From the NCBI GenBank assembly GCA_965112155.1, contig OZ218098.1: DNA of 64,000 bases. One strand, given 5' to 3'. Shown piece by piece: positions 49,301 to 62,924 of this stretch. The stretch's first letter is position 1. Each line of letters starts with the position of its first letter. A program made the translations under genes and the position numbers. The notes under the pieces were generated by a model. It saw nothing but the letters and a program-made list of their open reading frames with translations, ran no database searches and was not told the DNA's origin. The DNA is from Podarcis liolepis (lineage: Eukaryota).

Positions 49301-52300
49301 ACCAGGCATCTCTCCACTTTGGGGGCATTCAAGCTCAGTGCTTGAATATTAAACTGGAGGGGATGAAGACCAAGGTAATATAAAAGGAGAGGTCTGAGTG
49401 GGTCCCTGATTTACAGGGTGAAAGCCCAGCTTCCTTTCAACTTCATCACTGAAAAGGTACACACAGCAGCAAATCAAAGAATATCAAATGCTGGGTCACC
49501 TACTAGTTTTCCCTTCTCACCAGGGTTCAGCTGGGGTATTTTTTTTTTTAAGTGCTGCATGAATTTTCATGCATTTTATCCATTTATTAATCACCTTATT
49601 ATTTCAAAATGGGCACTTCTGAAACTACAAAACTCCTCCAGGGATTGAAGGGTCTTGGCAACATTACAGGAACGGGTGGGGAAGCCAGTCAGCACTGGAC
49701 ACAGCTATGTTCTACTTGAAACTTGCGGAACCATTTTTCAGGGGAAATAATAAGTAGCATTTCCAGCTCAGCCCCTCCACTCTGTACACATTACATCCGT
49801 CTTCACTCCAAAGGCAGGAAGTAAACGTTGTGGATAACATGAAAATGTGGGTACCTTTTTGTGAGCCCATAATTCACACTTTTCAAAAAATACACAAATT
49901 GAAACATAGTGCTTCTTTGACATTCACATTTCTCTGAATTTTGCAGTGCAGTTATCCAACCATTTAATGTGTACAATAGTGTAAAGTAAGCATAAAAACG
50001 CATATGTTCATGAAAATAGCACACCAAGATGCATTATAGTAAGGAAAGTTGCTTTGCAAAAACCTAGATTAGGCAAAATTGCATACAAAATGTATATTGG
50101 AAGAAATCATCACTAAGATGCTGATAGGTTTTCATAAAGACACTTAAAAAACAAACAAATGCAAACTGATGTGGAAATATGATGTGGAACTGAACTTAAA
50201 AAAGAGGAATTGGGAGAAATTGACAGATTCCTCCATCCTTAGATTTGCTGAACCAGAAAGTGAAGAAGAAAGTGGGAAGAGTAAAGCAGCTGTGGGAACA
50301 TCTGGCCCTCCAGATGTTGCTGGACTACAACTCTCACCACCCCTGGACATTGGCTATACTTGCTGGGACTGATGGGAGTTATAGATCAGCAACATCTGGA
50401 GAGCCAAAAATTCTGCACACTTTGAGTAAAGCCAAGTGTGGCTGTTCTGCCCCCACAAGGGTCAGTTGTTTAGTGATAGCAAACCTGTGTATTGGTATTA
50501 GGTAGAAGGAATGACAATGCTGCCCCTTTAAGAAAGGATAGTGCCTTTTAGTGGATTTTGACTTCTTGTAACCCTACCCTAGAAGGCCTGTGGTTTCCAA
50601 CACAGAAGCAATGGTTCTGGAAATTGGGCTCCAGGCCTGGTTCTGGAAGGCCCAGAATTGAAACCATACCACCAGTGGCTGACATCTCTGGCATTCTGGT
50701 GCCTTTGTCATGTCATTACTTTACTGCAGAGGAACTGCACTCTCAGGCGCAATAAGTGAGGAAAGTTTTTTGGGGGGAAGAGGTTGTAATGTTGAGGGAA
50801 TCCAATCTATGGGAATCCAATCATCAGTGTGTGAAACAATTCCAGTCAATGTTTTATAAAAAGCTGAGGAGATCTGGGGACTAGGCCTTGAGATGCAGGT
50901 TTCTGGTAGGCTTTTCTCTTGCTTAACATGTATTTGAGTTTGCTCTATATCAAGTGGTTTGGTCACCAAGCTTTGTGTAAAGAGCACATCTTACAGAGGT
51001 CATAATGGTGAAAGGTATCTTGTGAGTGGCTTTGTTATGGAAGTGAGTCAACTGCCTTTCGATTGTGATTACCTGATATATCCCTCCACGCTGCTTTGTC
51101 CTCTCAGCTGGTCCTCCATCAGGTATGTGTTGTGGGAGGAGGAGATAAAGTAATGGCAGAGGGGCTGAGACATATCCTGAAAGACCGTCCTGTGCTCAGG
51201 GTTGAAGATGGAGCCATCGGGGGAGCAGAGGTACATGAGGAACCCATCAATGCTCAGGATGTGGCGAGCCTTGGCTGTGGGAAGAGAGAGCTAGTTGGAG
51301 AGAGAACAATACTGAGGAGGAATTAGCCTCTGAAAAAAACAAAAGACACTGAACTGGACAAAGCCCATGAAAGAGGAGCCTTTGGAGTGCTGGGGGAAAG
51401 CATCAGTTTCTATGGCAATTGGTGTCATGAAACTGATACAGGTGGTGATAAGTGCTTTGTGGAGATCTAGTGGGACAAGAGAGACACACAGATACCCTCT
51501 CCCCCTCAATGCCTGGGAGCTCCTATTCTGAGAGAGGATTTGGCACTATTCAAGGGCCAACCTGTGCTAACTGGGGGCACTTGTCCAGGTTGTGGGCCCG
51601 CCAGCTCTCCCCCCTCCTCCACCCCCACCCCGCCAACCTGTCTCAGACGGCTCATATCTGTCAATCATCTCCATGGCGAGCTCATCAATGCCAGCCCCCT
51701 CCATCTGCTCCTGTTGCAAGAAGTCCACAAACTCCAACAGTGTCAGCTTTTTGCCATCTTCAGAGTACTCCTGGAACAACTCGAGCACCTCGTCCCGCTG
51801 AGTCAGTGCTTTGTAGAAGAGCACAAACTCCTCCCCCTCCAGTGTACCTGTCTCTGATTTGTCGGCCATCTGCAAGGAATGGAAGGGTCTCTGACCAAGG
51901 GGGTCCTTTGTGCAGAAAGGAGAACATTGTGATAAAAGCAATGGGGCAAGGCAGAGCCAGCCAGTGTGAGGCCATCTAGATGGCTTGGACTACAACTCCA
52001 ACCTGTCAGCTTGGCCAGTGGTTGAAGGATGGTGATGGGAGTTTGTAGTCTGCAACATCTGGAGGGTACCACATTGGCTACACAGGGCATACAGGATCAG
52101 AGGTTTACTCATTAAGACACTGCTGCTGCTGCTGCTGCTGCTACTACAGCACTAAATGTGCCCTAGCTGATGCACAGTACATCATAGCCATGTGGTCCTT
52201 GCCCAAGGAGCTTTAAACTACCATAAAATGACTATATGGAGGCAGGAGTAGTAAAGGGTCAGGGATTAAATAAAGAGTGTGGTTAGGATGGGGGGCAGCT

Positions 52301-55300
52301 TCTGGATCTGGGATGATCCACCACTGCTCTTGCCAGTGTCTATTGTCAGCCCCCATTGGGATCAACAACATAATAGAGAGACTTGGGGATGCCATGAGAT
52401 GTCTCTGCACGTGACCTGCAGTGATTTCTGTACTATATCACTGAGTTTGACTAGACAACAGACAACACACAGAGATGGGCAAGGAGCCACAGCCAGGTGG
52501 ATGATGCTTTGACGGAGAGATATAATGACACTGGACAACAGAATAGCCAGGTTTGGGGGCACAGCGTGTGAGCAAAGAAAAACAGAAGTGAATATATGTG
52601 CACTATGGTGTATCATGGGTGGAAATGAGGTGCTGTAGTCTTTTGAAGAGCAAGCTCAGGGATTTCCCTATGCAGCCCAGTACCGTAACTTCCCCACCAC
52701 AGCACCCAAATTTACTTGGAAGAGCCGGAAGGCATGGTCTTCATTCATGTCCACGTTCATCATCCTGAGCAAATGCTGCACCTCCTTGAAATTCATACGT
52801 CCATCCTTGTCCTTATCAGCTTTCATGAACCAGTCACAGATCCATGTGCAGCCCAAGACGTGGGTCAAGGAAAACAGTCTCATAGTGGCCGGGCAAAGCT
52901 AAGTCTTCAAAACTAGCCATAGCGTAAAAGTGTACTCTAGTGTTGCCCAGCCAAGATGCTTCGAGAAACAGCCCTAGAATTTGGCAACTATTAACAATTG
53001 CATCTTGTTGAAATGCACCAACACGGGTTTAATTTTCATAAGACTAAGCCCTTCATTCAAAATGTTACCTATTTATTGGCCAGTTCATTTATGTATTATT
53101 CTCCATTTAAAATCACAGAGTAGTTCACAGCAGAAATCAATAAAATACAACAACTGGCACCACCTTCCCCTGCCCATACATTCTATTCGGAATCTGTTAT
53201 CTGCAGTTTTGCATGACTTCAAGTAGTGCTTATAAAAAGAGGAAGAGCCAGAACCAAAGCAGACTGGAACAATGGGCAGTTCAGGCAAGACATAGCTGGG
53301 TAGTAGTGAAGAAAGGTTGGTTCATTGCAGGGGGAGGGACACGGTGTGACCACAGAAGTAATGAATTGATAGGGAAGAACCACAGAAGAGATAGTGGAGA
53401 CAGCTGAAGCTGTGAAGGAAAGGAGAGAAAGAGATCTAAGTGTCAGCAATTGAACACAGGAAATTACCTTATCTCAGGTCAGACCTACTGGCCCTCTAGT
53501 TCAGGATCATTTACATGGGCTGACAGCAACTGTCCAGGATTTAAGGTAGGAGTATTTGCTAGCGCTACCTAGAGACACCAGAAATTGAACCCAGTATTTC
53601 TGTGTGCAAAGCTTGTGCTCTGCTACCAAGCTACAGTTGATATCAACCTCATATTTGATATGAATCCTGGGTAGTATCTCCAGCATTGGAGAACAAATAC
53701 AAAATTGAGCTCTTAAGATTAGCTTTTACATTCATGGAAATGGACAGTGAATAATTCAACATAAGGATATTGATCCATCTTCTCCTTCTGGTCCATGTTA
53801 GTGACAATCTCCACAAGGCGCCGCAGGCCTTGGATCCAGCACTGAGCTTCCTCCGCTGAGCTGGCAATTAGGTCTAGATTGTTACGGCGCCCGTGGAAGA
53901 CGACCGTGAAGCAGCATTCGGCTGGGAACTCCTCCGCTAGACTTTGCAGGACCTCCGACTGGTGTCCCTCACGCACAGTCTCCACATCACTCACTGAGAC
54001 TTGGGAGAGAGGGATAACCACCAAGAAACATCAGCCTTCATGCAAAGATTAGAGCTTAAGGTACAAAATTAGACCCTTGCTTCTTAGGTTGGGCCCCACA
54101 CGAAACAGCATCAGCATCATTACCTAGCATTTATCTATTCACATATTCAACTTATTTAATCTGTCTGTCTATTCACCCAACTCTTTACTAGAGGTTCTAT
54201 CCAAAGCAGCACTACGTGAAGATGCCATCAGCCCAAGGATTTCAGCTTGTGCAGTGGAACCCTCTCCACTTCTTCTTCCCCTGTGCATGCTCCTTAATAC
54301 GTTCTAGGGGTTTTCCCCAACCCTCTGGAACTGATTTTGTGGGGTGCAGGACCCACATTGGGGGAGCAATGGGGTGTGTCCTGTTGCACAAGTGGAAATC
54401 CTAGCACTGATGAGATACGGTAATGGGCTTAACTGTCCAGGGGTCCTTTACCTTTACCTTAGTTGAACAACCCCGTAGGAGCATAGAAATCTGCCTTATA
54501 CTGAGTCAGATCATTGATCCATTTAGGCCTCTATTGCCTATATTGGCTCTCCAGGATTTCAGACGGGGTCTTTTCTCAGTCCAATTTAGAGATGCTGGGG
54601 ATTGACCCTAGGATTTTCTGTGTCAAAGGCAGATTTTTCTGTCACTGAACTACAAGCCCTTCCTATCCTGTCTGTCCCAAGCTACTGTGCTGTCACAGAG
54701 TTTTGACCTCCGCAGATCACAGGGGAAGAGATGAAAAAGCATTTTATTGGATCAATTAATGTTGGGAAATAATGTACATCCAGCATAAACTGATGGCGGA
54801 AGACATCTCAAAGGCAGTTGTGGGCAAGATAGTTTCACCCAGTGGACCATTAGCCTGGAGAAGTTCCAGCAGCAGGGTGAGCGTTCACAGAATCTCTAAG
54901 AGAAAATTAAACATCTCTGTGGATGACAGAACGAAAACATCCAGTACTAGGACAGATTATGCAATAGACAGAGGGAAGATGCACAACTTCCAGCACTCAA
55001 GATGAATCCAAATATAGTATATTCTCTTCCAGCCAAACATATTTTAGTGACCAAGGTGGAAAGTATAAATTGCACCACATGCATAAAAACTTCAATTAAA
55101 TTAGCTGGCAATTTGATGTTCAATACCTGCTGCCTGAGGTCATCACCTCACTTATGTTTGTGACAGGATCAGTCCCGCTTCAAGTGTCACCGTATATGAA
55201 AGTCAGGCTCAGTACACCATGCCCAGTGCTCTTTTAGTTTTTAGACAGGCACATCTAAAATGCCTCTTGCAAGACATTCAGAACATAACATGCACAGATG

Positions 55301-57745
55301 CAGATGCACACAAACATTTCCCTTTGTACTCCACATTGTGATGATCTGTTGCTGGATATCGGATAATGCCAAGTAAGTATTGGCAGCAGCTGGATGGAGA
55401 AGAAGTGTGTGCGCTTTTGTGTGTGTAGTTGAGGTAACCGTAAAATAATTGGTAGTTGTTGCAAGAATGAGCTCAAGTGTGTTTACATCCACTTGCTTTG
55501 ATGTATACTAAGTGGCTTGCGTCAATGCTATGCTTATCTGTGAACCTTGGGACGCTGGGCTCTAGCCCCTGAGAGGGGAAGAAGCCTTGGATAGCTGCCA
55601 CCCATGGCCTCACTGGCCAGATGTGATGGGAGCTTCTGAGTAAACTGGTGTATGCTGTTTTGTACATAAAGGATGTCTACATGTTTGCTTGGGTGCGGAC
55701 AAGCCATTGCCTTGCTGCAGTGTCCATCCTACATCTGTACATCTGGGAGACCTGGCAGGCTGATTTGCTGTAAGTCTACACCTTCTTTTAATAAAGCACT
55801 AGAACTGATAACTCTGGCGTTTTTTGACATCCTTCTTTGGTATCCCTGCAACCAACCACTCCCACAAGCTTTTCTTTCAGCTGGTGGATCAGGACAAGCA
55901 GTTCTTGCCAAGAGATTGAAGGTGGGCCTGAAGGTTAGATCCATTTGTATTGTTCCCAGAACATCCTGTTGGCACCCCGTGACATCAAGAGTCAGAGTTT
56001 TAACACCCCAGTCTGAAATTCAATCTAAATTTGCATCTAAATTAGCATTTATGTTATGGGCCTGTGCCCTGAATCTCTTAAATACCTGTTCCCCAGTGGA
56101 AGTCTGCTGCAGCCCAGCAATTTTAAAAATCAAGCTAAGTAGTCCTTTGGCTTGGAACTGTGTAATTTTTGCATTCTGATCTCTTTCAATGACTGGTGTT
56201 GCCAGACTGTCATTAAACAGTTTCATGTGGGGGCTTCTGCAATCTGGACATGCTCCAACCCTTATGAAAGGATCCCCGCATTGTGCTATATGCTTGCCTG
56301 AAAGTGCAAACTCAAAGACAAGGTGACATGGAAACCAGCCTTGCTAACCACCATTCAGAGCAGGGAGTGGAACTCACAGGCAGACTTGGCTTTGCCAGAC
56401 ATCTTGGATTTGTACCAGACAGTCATGCAGTCATCTTGCAGCATGAAGTACCGGGGTTTCTTCCAGTTCTTGGACTTCACTTTGCGCATCATTGTCCCCT
56501 GTTGCATCTGCTCCAGGTTCTCATCCAGCTGAAGGCCTGAGCAGGAGATTGAGGGGACTGCATTTCACATCAGAAAGCGAGTGAGGGCCACCGCCCACCC
56601 AGGATGGGGAACACAAGGAATATTTGTTTGTGTTTAAGCATACAGATAAGGAACAGAAACTGACCCTATTGAGATGGGATGTCAAATTCAAGATAGAAAG
56701 ACCCAGCTTCTGGAGGAAACATTATGCTCTGAATGAAACAGCCATTCCATAATATCTTTCTAAGCAGCCTACCCCAACCTGGTTCTCTTTGGTTGTTGTT
56801 GGACTACAACTCCCATCATCCCTGTCCATTGGAGATGGAGTCCAACAAGATCTGGAAGGCACCAGGTTGGGAAAGGCTGCTGTAGGGCAAACATATTGAT
56901 TCTACATTCAGATCTCCTTTTGCTTCCAGCAACAGTAGTCACATCCTGCCAGGTCCCCTATATTTCTCCCTTGGACTTAGAGGGTATGTGGGATGAATTA
57001 TTACTAGAGCAGTCAAGTACAACATTTTCCTTTTGTCTAGAATGGACATACAGAGGGATGTGGCTCCAGACAGGGAGGACCTCCTGTCAAACCTGCTATG
57101 GAGCTTCCTCCCCCTGTGTGTAGCCAGGTAGATGGGCGTGAGTGACCCTAGCTGACCAGATAAAAGGGCTGGTCATGCAACCATCTCACTATTACCCTCT
57201 TACTCTTGCTGGCTCTTAGCCAGCACATGGCTCACCCCACACAGGATGGAGCCTACAAGCAGAAAGTCTAAGATGTAGCTCAGACTTCTTTTCACTGTAA
57301 CCACAGGATACATCCTGCCTTCACATTACTACTGCGAACTGAATGTGAGTAAAACTTTATTCTTATTTTTGCGTTATTATTATTTTAAGAGGGAGATAAA
57401 GGGGAAACTTACCAGGAACAATCCAGACTGGATTGCTTAATTAAAGGATTCTAACGAATCATCAACTTGCTTCTGATAAGGAATGTTGCTCTGCTGTTTA
57501 CTCACTAGCGTGAGTGAGGAGGGATAATATCAAAACAATATATTCTCTCCTACCTTACTTAACATTCCCACAGGGAGAGGATGAGCAAGTGAACAAGCAC
57601 CACTGATGGCTGCAAGGGCTGTCACTCGGGAAAGATCTGCGGATGGCATTTTGCCGAAGGCCACCCAAAACCTGGAGGTAGCAATCTAGAGGTTCCCTGG
57701 AGACTCAAGAGAATACTCACGCACACTGTAGAGAACTGAAGTCAT
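40335..57745 (-). CDS. PLCD4: Phosphoinositide phospholipase C delta-4 (PH, EF-hand, X/Y catalytic, C2), 761 aa
   Basis: Exons (-) 57745-57721, 56536-56378, 53999-53771, 52845-52716, 51869-51638, 51274-51073, 49116-48972, 48538-48386, 47824-47657, 46747-46591, 46086-45970, 44631-44453, 43652-43517, 42326-42177, 40438-40335 total 2286 nt in frame. Motifs [64 protein letters not shown]. Syntenic with ZNF142. Confidence 0.96.
40575..40720. mobile_element. Young hAT MITE nested in an older hairpin repeat
   Basis: Perfect 17-bp TIR CAGTGGCGTAGCGTGGG, perfect 8-bp TSD CGGCCAAT (40567-40574 and 40721-40728). Confidence 0.9.
40941..41046. mobile_element. hAT MITE
   Basis: Imperfect TIR TATGAGTGTAGCCA..TGGCTACACCCATG with 8-bp TSD GGCAGAGA on both sides. 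Confidence 0.8.
43835..44084. mobile_element. Tc1/mariner (Tigger-like) MITE, related subfamily
   Basis: TA|CAGTGGTACCTTGGTTTTCGAA ... TTCGAAAACCGAGGTACCACTT|TA; a more decayed relative lies at about 17785-18000. Confidence 0.75.
52846..53770 (-). other. U12-type (minor spliceosome) AT-AC intron in PLCD4
   Basis: 5' end ATATCCTT at 53770, branch site TTCCTTGAC at 52872-52864, 3' end ..TGCAC at 52846. The join restores the conserved DQ-W frame. Confidence 0.93.
54490..54660 (-). mobile_element. tRNA-derived SINE (Squam3-like); second copy at about 53460-53635
   Basis: Minus strand has a tRNA-like head (TAGTTCAGTGACAGA..GGGTCAATCCCCAGCATCTC) and the 3' end TGACTCAGTATAAGGCAG. Confidence 0.65.
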
Positions 57746-59023
57746 GGTCCTTCTTCCTGTGGGTTGGCACAACAATCACCTAGAACACAGGAGAGTCAAT
57801 TGGTTTCAGAATTGCCATATCCCGTAATTTGACCTAGCATTTTCTGAAGACTCAGTATCTGATTTATTTTCTGATGTTTTGCATAAGCAATTCTAGTCCC
57901 ACAATCATACAGAAGTGCTTTTTTATCCTTAATCGCCTTATCAGTCCTTTGATAGAAGTCACAAAAATATCTTAAGGTCAAGAAATTATATCTGGTAAAA
58001 AAGGGGGGTGTTATTTGTTGCTGCTGCTGGGATTTATTTCCACAACCTCTTAGCATTACCATTAGCAGTGATAAAAATATATATTCTCTCTTCATAGCAC
58101 TTCAGGAAAATATCAGAATAAGCACCCACATTTTGATGCAGTTTTCTCTGAGACATGGAGCCGCTGCGTACTTATCTGTGTGGTTCCACATATGTTTTCA
58201 TACTTGCAATGATGTATCTTTTAGAAAATTTCCATTAAATTTCATGGTACATCCTGGTTGATCCGTCTTAATGCTCAATGCAATACAAAAAAATCTGGGA
58301 TAATGATTTGTTAGGTTTGTCCACTAAGACTTGTTCTAACTGGGTCAGTGATCAAAGGTTTCTTTACTTTGCTAACATATTAATACAAAAAGTGCCTGGT
58401 TTCAAAATACTGGGAGAGGGAGAGAGAGAGACAGGCCAAAGCACCACCAGTGACCAGTCAGATGCCTATATTGGAAGCCCACAAGCAGGAACTTCCCCTC
58501 CACCCACCAAGTTTTTATTAGGACTGCAGCACACAAAGAGAGAAGGTTTAACCTTTTCCTCCACAGCTACAATTTTAATTAAAATAGCCCCCAACCACAG
58601 CAATTAGCTTTTTTTGGGGGGGGGAGGGAGGAATTTGCTTCAGCGGTGACTTCTGTCTGGATCTCAGCTGGGAAACAAAACCAGCTCTCTTTCAATGCAG
58701 AAAACCTTCCCAACCCTATCAGATACAGAGATTTTTACTGGCCACTGGCCACTAGATGAATGGCCTGCTTTAACATCTGTCGTTTTAAAAGTGGGCAGCA
58801 CATTTACCTATTTAACCCCCTTCAAACTCCAAAGCAATTTAGAGAAGGAGAAGGCTATTCTTTTTTACAAAGGCTTTCTTTTTTGCAAATTCCAAACAGG
58901 TGGCTATGCTAGTCTGAGTGTAGAGTCTTGTGGCAGCTTAAAGACTAACACATTTATAATGTCGTCTTGTGGACCACAGTCTACTTCCATCACATGCATC
59001 CATGAAAGCTCATGCCATAACTC

Positions 59024-59024
59024 T

Positions 59025-59100
<76 letters not shown>

Positions 59101-59101
59101 T
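59024..59101. repeat. (TTTC)n tetranucleotide microsatellite
   Basis: Direct inspection. Confidence 0.95.
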
Positions 59102-59909
59102 CCTCTGTCTCTGTCTCTGTCTCAAAAAATGCACTTCTCAGTCCCCCAAGCGACAGAATGTTCCAGGACAGTCTTTCATGGGGTCTGTTTCCTTGTGAGG
59201 AGTGAATAACTGGCAAACATGCAAGGAATACTAATTCCCAGAACAGCACCAGTCCACCAAAGCAACAGGATCTGCCCAAAATTACTCCATAAGAGCTAGT
59301 GGCAAAATCCTTTTTCTCTTGCTAAATACAAAGCTGAAAAATTGTTTTTTTTTTCAGGCCCTAGAGAGCAAAACATAACTAAAATCCCTGTAGCTGGAAG
59401 TAGTCACCAGCCATCAAGGGCCATTGAAGTAAGTTCTTTCCGCCATCAAACACTACAACAGCCTAGAGTGGAAAAAAACCACCAGTTATGCATATGTAAA
59501 GAGTTCATTTGAGAAGCTGAAAGGTACTTCAAACAAAGGATAGTGTCTAGAGAGGGCACACATTTGAGCAATCTTAACAGTTGCCTCGGATGTAGGGAAG
59601 GAGATGATCCAAGGAGTACATGAAAGCAAATTTTCCATCAAAACAGTGATCTGGGAAAACCAAATGCTTTACCCTGGAGTTGGGGGTGGAAAGAAAATAA
59701 AATTCTTCAGCTGCTGAATACATAACAGAGAGCAATGGGGAAGGATCTCAATCATGGCAGAAAGCTCTGGTTATTTGCTTTTCCTATATAATTTGGCAAA
59801 GTGCATGTCCAATCATTCCAATAATGTACCACTTCATTAAATTAGTCTGAGGAACAGGCTTCCTGCAGTATCTTTCATTAAGGTAATCAAAGAACTGCAG
59901 CATCAAAAA

Positions 59910-61010
59910 TACTAGCTGTGTTAGTTTGGAAGAGCACAAACAGCAAAGTGTTTTGTGGCTCCTTCAAGGCCAACACATTTACTAGCTTTTGTGCACCAGA
60001 GTCTGCTTTTGTCAGAAGCCTGAAGGGTAATCCTGAGACGTAAGACCACCCTGTGACCTCTGGAACTGGCCTGAGACCTCTAGGTATAGGGCGGTATATA
60101 AATTCAATAAATCATCATCATCATCATCATCATCCTGAATTAGCAAGCGTACTCTGGGACAAAGAGATGTACAGGAGTGAGTTCAGACAGAAGTGAAATG
60201 CAAAAAGAACAGGCAGTAATGTTTACCTGAAATCAAGATAGTTACAGGGTCCAATTAACAAGGCAGTACTGGTAGTAAGACTAATGTTTTGTCATTGATA
60301 AGCTAATGAACCCATGTAGTGTGATGTCAAAACAAAATCAAGCCTACAATCTGGATTCAAGCCGCACGTGGCTTGAATTAATTGCCTGATAAATTGTAAT
60401 TCAGCAGTTTCCTGACAGAATTTCGTTTTGAAGTCCATATTCAGACTTCATCCCAGCTTGATGCCGCTTTTGCTTATTATTGGCATTTCAGGAAAGGATG
60501 AGAAGTGGGCAGGGGACTGCGTCTCTGGAAATAAATTTGACCCTTGGTGGTGACCCCTCTTTAAATGCTGAACCTTTCTCCTCCTAATGTACCTAGGAGG
60601 GTTTTTTTTTTTGCATCCTCTCAAAAATGGACTCTTAGGCAAACAAGGTGTACTGGGGTATCAAAATTATGGGTGTGCATTTAATGGAATGAAGCAGCTG
60701 ACTTCTGGGAAGAGGTAAAAGTCTGTAGAACATGCAGTCCTTTCCCCTGCATGACGGCGAAAGGCAAGTGCAATGTTTTGCCATGAGAAATCATCATCTC
60801 CATGCATAAGCTCATTCTTTCCCATTGCAAAGCCAGTCTGTCTTCCCCAAGGAGATGGCTATCCAGAGAGAAAGGCAGAAAAGGATATGAACCTTGAGCA
60901 AGCCCCTGAACATGCGATCTTTGTGCAATGTGACAGCTGTGAGCTGACGCTGACCTTGAAACAGCTCAAGCAACAAATTATAGACCATGTCAGGAATTGC
61001 AAGTAGCACC
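59910..61010. mobile_element. Highly decayed Penelope-like element remnants
   Basis: Penelope-like terminal motif at about 59915-60020 (also about 58905-58960). The minus strand near 60345-60415 encodes ETAELQFIRQLIQATCGLNPD, resembling the GIY-YIG C-terminus. Confidence 0.4.
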
Positions 61011-61302
61011 CTAGGAGCACACTGGCCGACAAAAGTAGGTTAAATTAATGCTAGTTTCTCTTATTTTCCTTGCCTTGTCCAAGGTGCTTTGTAATCATTA
61101 CTCTTAATAATTTACATAACACTTTTCATGTACAAAAGTGTGCCACAGTATTTTAAATTTATTGGTTCTCTCCTCCCCCAGTAATTTGAACCTGATAATA
61201 ATGATAGTAAGAGGTATTATCTGAAAGAGCATCCCACCTATTGACTGGGACCAGTGCTTTAAAAAATAAAAATAAATAAATTAAATAGCCTATCCATGAG
61301 AG

Positions 61303-61520
61303 CTAGTGGGGTATAGTGGTTACAGTCTCAGATTTAGGTGGCGGAAACCTGAGTTGAAATCAGTGCTCAGCCATAAAGCTTACCGGGTGACCTTGGGCCA
61401 ATCTGTCTCTCAGCCTAGCCTAAGCTCACAAGGTTGTCGTGAGAATAAATGTGGTTTGGGGTGAGGGGAGAGAGAGCAGTGTATACTGCCTCTTAGCTCT
61501 TTGAAGGAAGGAAATAATGT
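61303..61520 (+). mobile_element. tRNA-derived MIR/Squam2-like SINE; related copy at about 27450-27640
   Basis: A/B-box-like head GGTATAGTGGTTA..GAGTTGAAATC, core GGGTGACCTTGGGCCA..TCTCTCAGCCTAGCC..CACAAGGTTGT. Confidence 0.6.
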
Positions 61521-62575
61521 TTAAAATCTGATACGTAGAACCCATTTCCACACACTCCTTTTTAAAAATCACATCTCTTTGATAGGGAAAAGGTTTCCCA
61601 CCATGTGCTAAGCCAGGGTAGCCAATGTGATACCTCTCCAGGTGTTATCGAACCACAACTCCCACTATCTCTATTCTTCGGCCAGACTGGCTGAGGCTTA
61701 TGGAAATTGTAGTCCCCAACACCTAGAGAGCATCACACCTAACAGCATCAACATCTGCAGAGCACTACCACTGTTCTAAGCCTTCCATTGGTAACACATA
61801 ACAGACAGGATGATACTTTTAAGGAACCAGGATATCTGTGCCACTATTCAGCTTTTCTTACAAATCTGGCTAGATGTAGCCTCATGCAGAAGACTCATAC
61901 AGTAGATTGTTCACCCTCTCTCTCTCTCTTTTGGAAAGCAAATAAAATAAAACTTAAGAACAGGCACACAAAGGGGAACAGGTCCAGATGGAAGGGAGAG
62001 AGTTCTGTTGCAAATGACATCACAGACAATGTCACAGGGATGTCCATAACACTCACATAACAACATTCCACGCAGCAATAGCATCAGACAAGCTATCAGG
62101 GTTTGAGGGGGATAACCATGTACACACTGCATTGAACTCCTTGGAGAAGAGGTATTAATGTAATAACAAATGCACTGCATTTTCTCAGGCACAAAGCAGC
62201 ACACTTCAGATGCTCAGGAATACAATGTAACACCACAACACAAGCACTACCTTTAGGGCAGATATGTAGATTGTGTGCTAGATTTGGGAAGCACATATCT
62301 TAAACTGCATAAAAATGATTGTGCAGAAGATCCTGAGGAATAAGTATTTCTTCCAAAGCCACTGCATAACTCTGTGTCTGTGGATTCCAGGATTCAGCAC
62401 TCTGCATAAAAGTGCGAAGGAGCCCCACTTTTGCTATATTCATTCTTCCATTGTGACCTCTGGAAATTGTCACACTATGGTGTTGTTTTCCTCCAGAAGA
62501 AATCGCCTTGCTTGAAAAACCTATTGGGCTGAATGCAATATACCTTATCTGGAAATAATGGCTCATGTGCAGCAA

Positions 62576-62924
62576 AGGTTAAAGGTAAAGGGATCCCTGA
62601 CCATTAGGTCCAGTCACAGATGACTCTGGGGTTGCGGCTCTCATCTCACTTTATTGGCCGAGGGAGCCTTTGCACAGCTTCTGGGTCATGTGGCCAGCAT
62701 GACTAAGCCACTTCTGGCGAACCAGAGCAGCGCACAGAAACACTGTTTACCTTCCCGCCGGAGCGGTACCTATTTATCTACTTGCACTTTGACGTGCTTT
62801 CGAACTGCTAGGTTGGCAGGAGCAGGGACCAAGCAATGAGAGCTCACTCCGTTGCGGGGATTCGAACCGCCGACCTTCTGATCAGCAAGCCCCAGGCTCT
62901 GTGGTTTAGACCACAGCACCACCA
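62576..62924 (-). mobile_element. Sauria SINE (near full length)
   Basis: (ACCTTT)n tail, core GGTCATGTGGCCAGCATGACT / TTTACCTTCCCGCCGGAGCGGTACCTATTTATCTACT, B-box GGTTCGAATCCC on the minus strand. Confidence 0.9.

Noticed and set aside
56985-57565. Possible ERV-like solo LTR in a PLCD4 intron
   Set aside because: LTR-like composition and a ..TTAACA end, but no matching 5' terminus or TSD could be defined.
58695-59279. ORFs with SFFL/ERKK repeats
   Set aside because: Translations of the (TTTC)n microsatellite.
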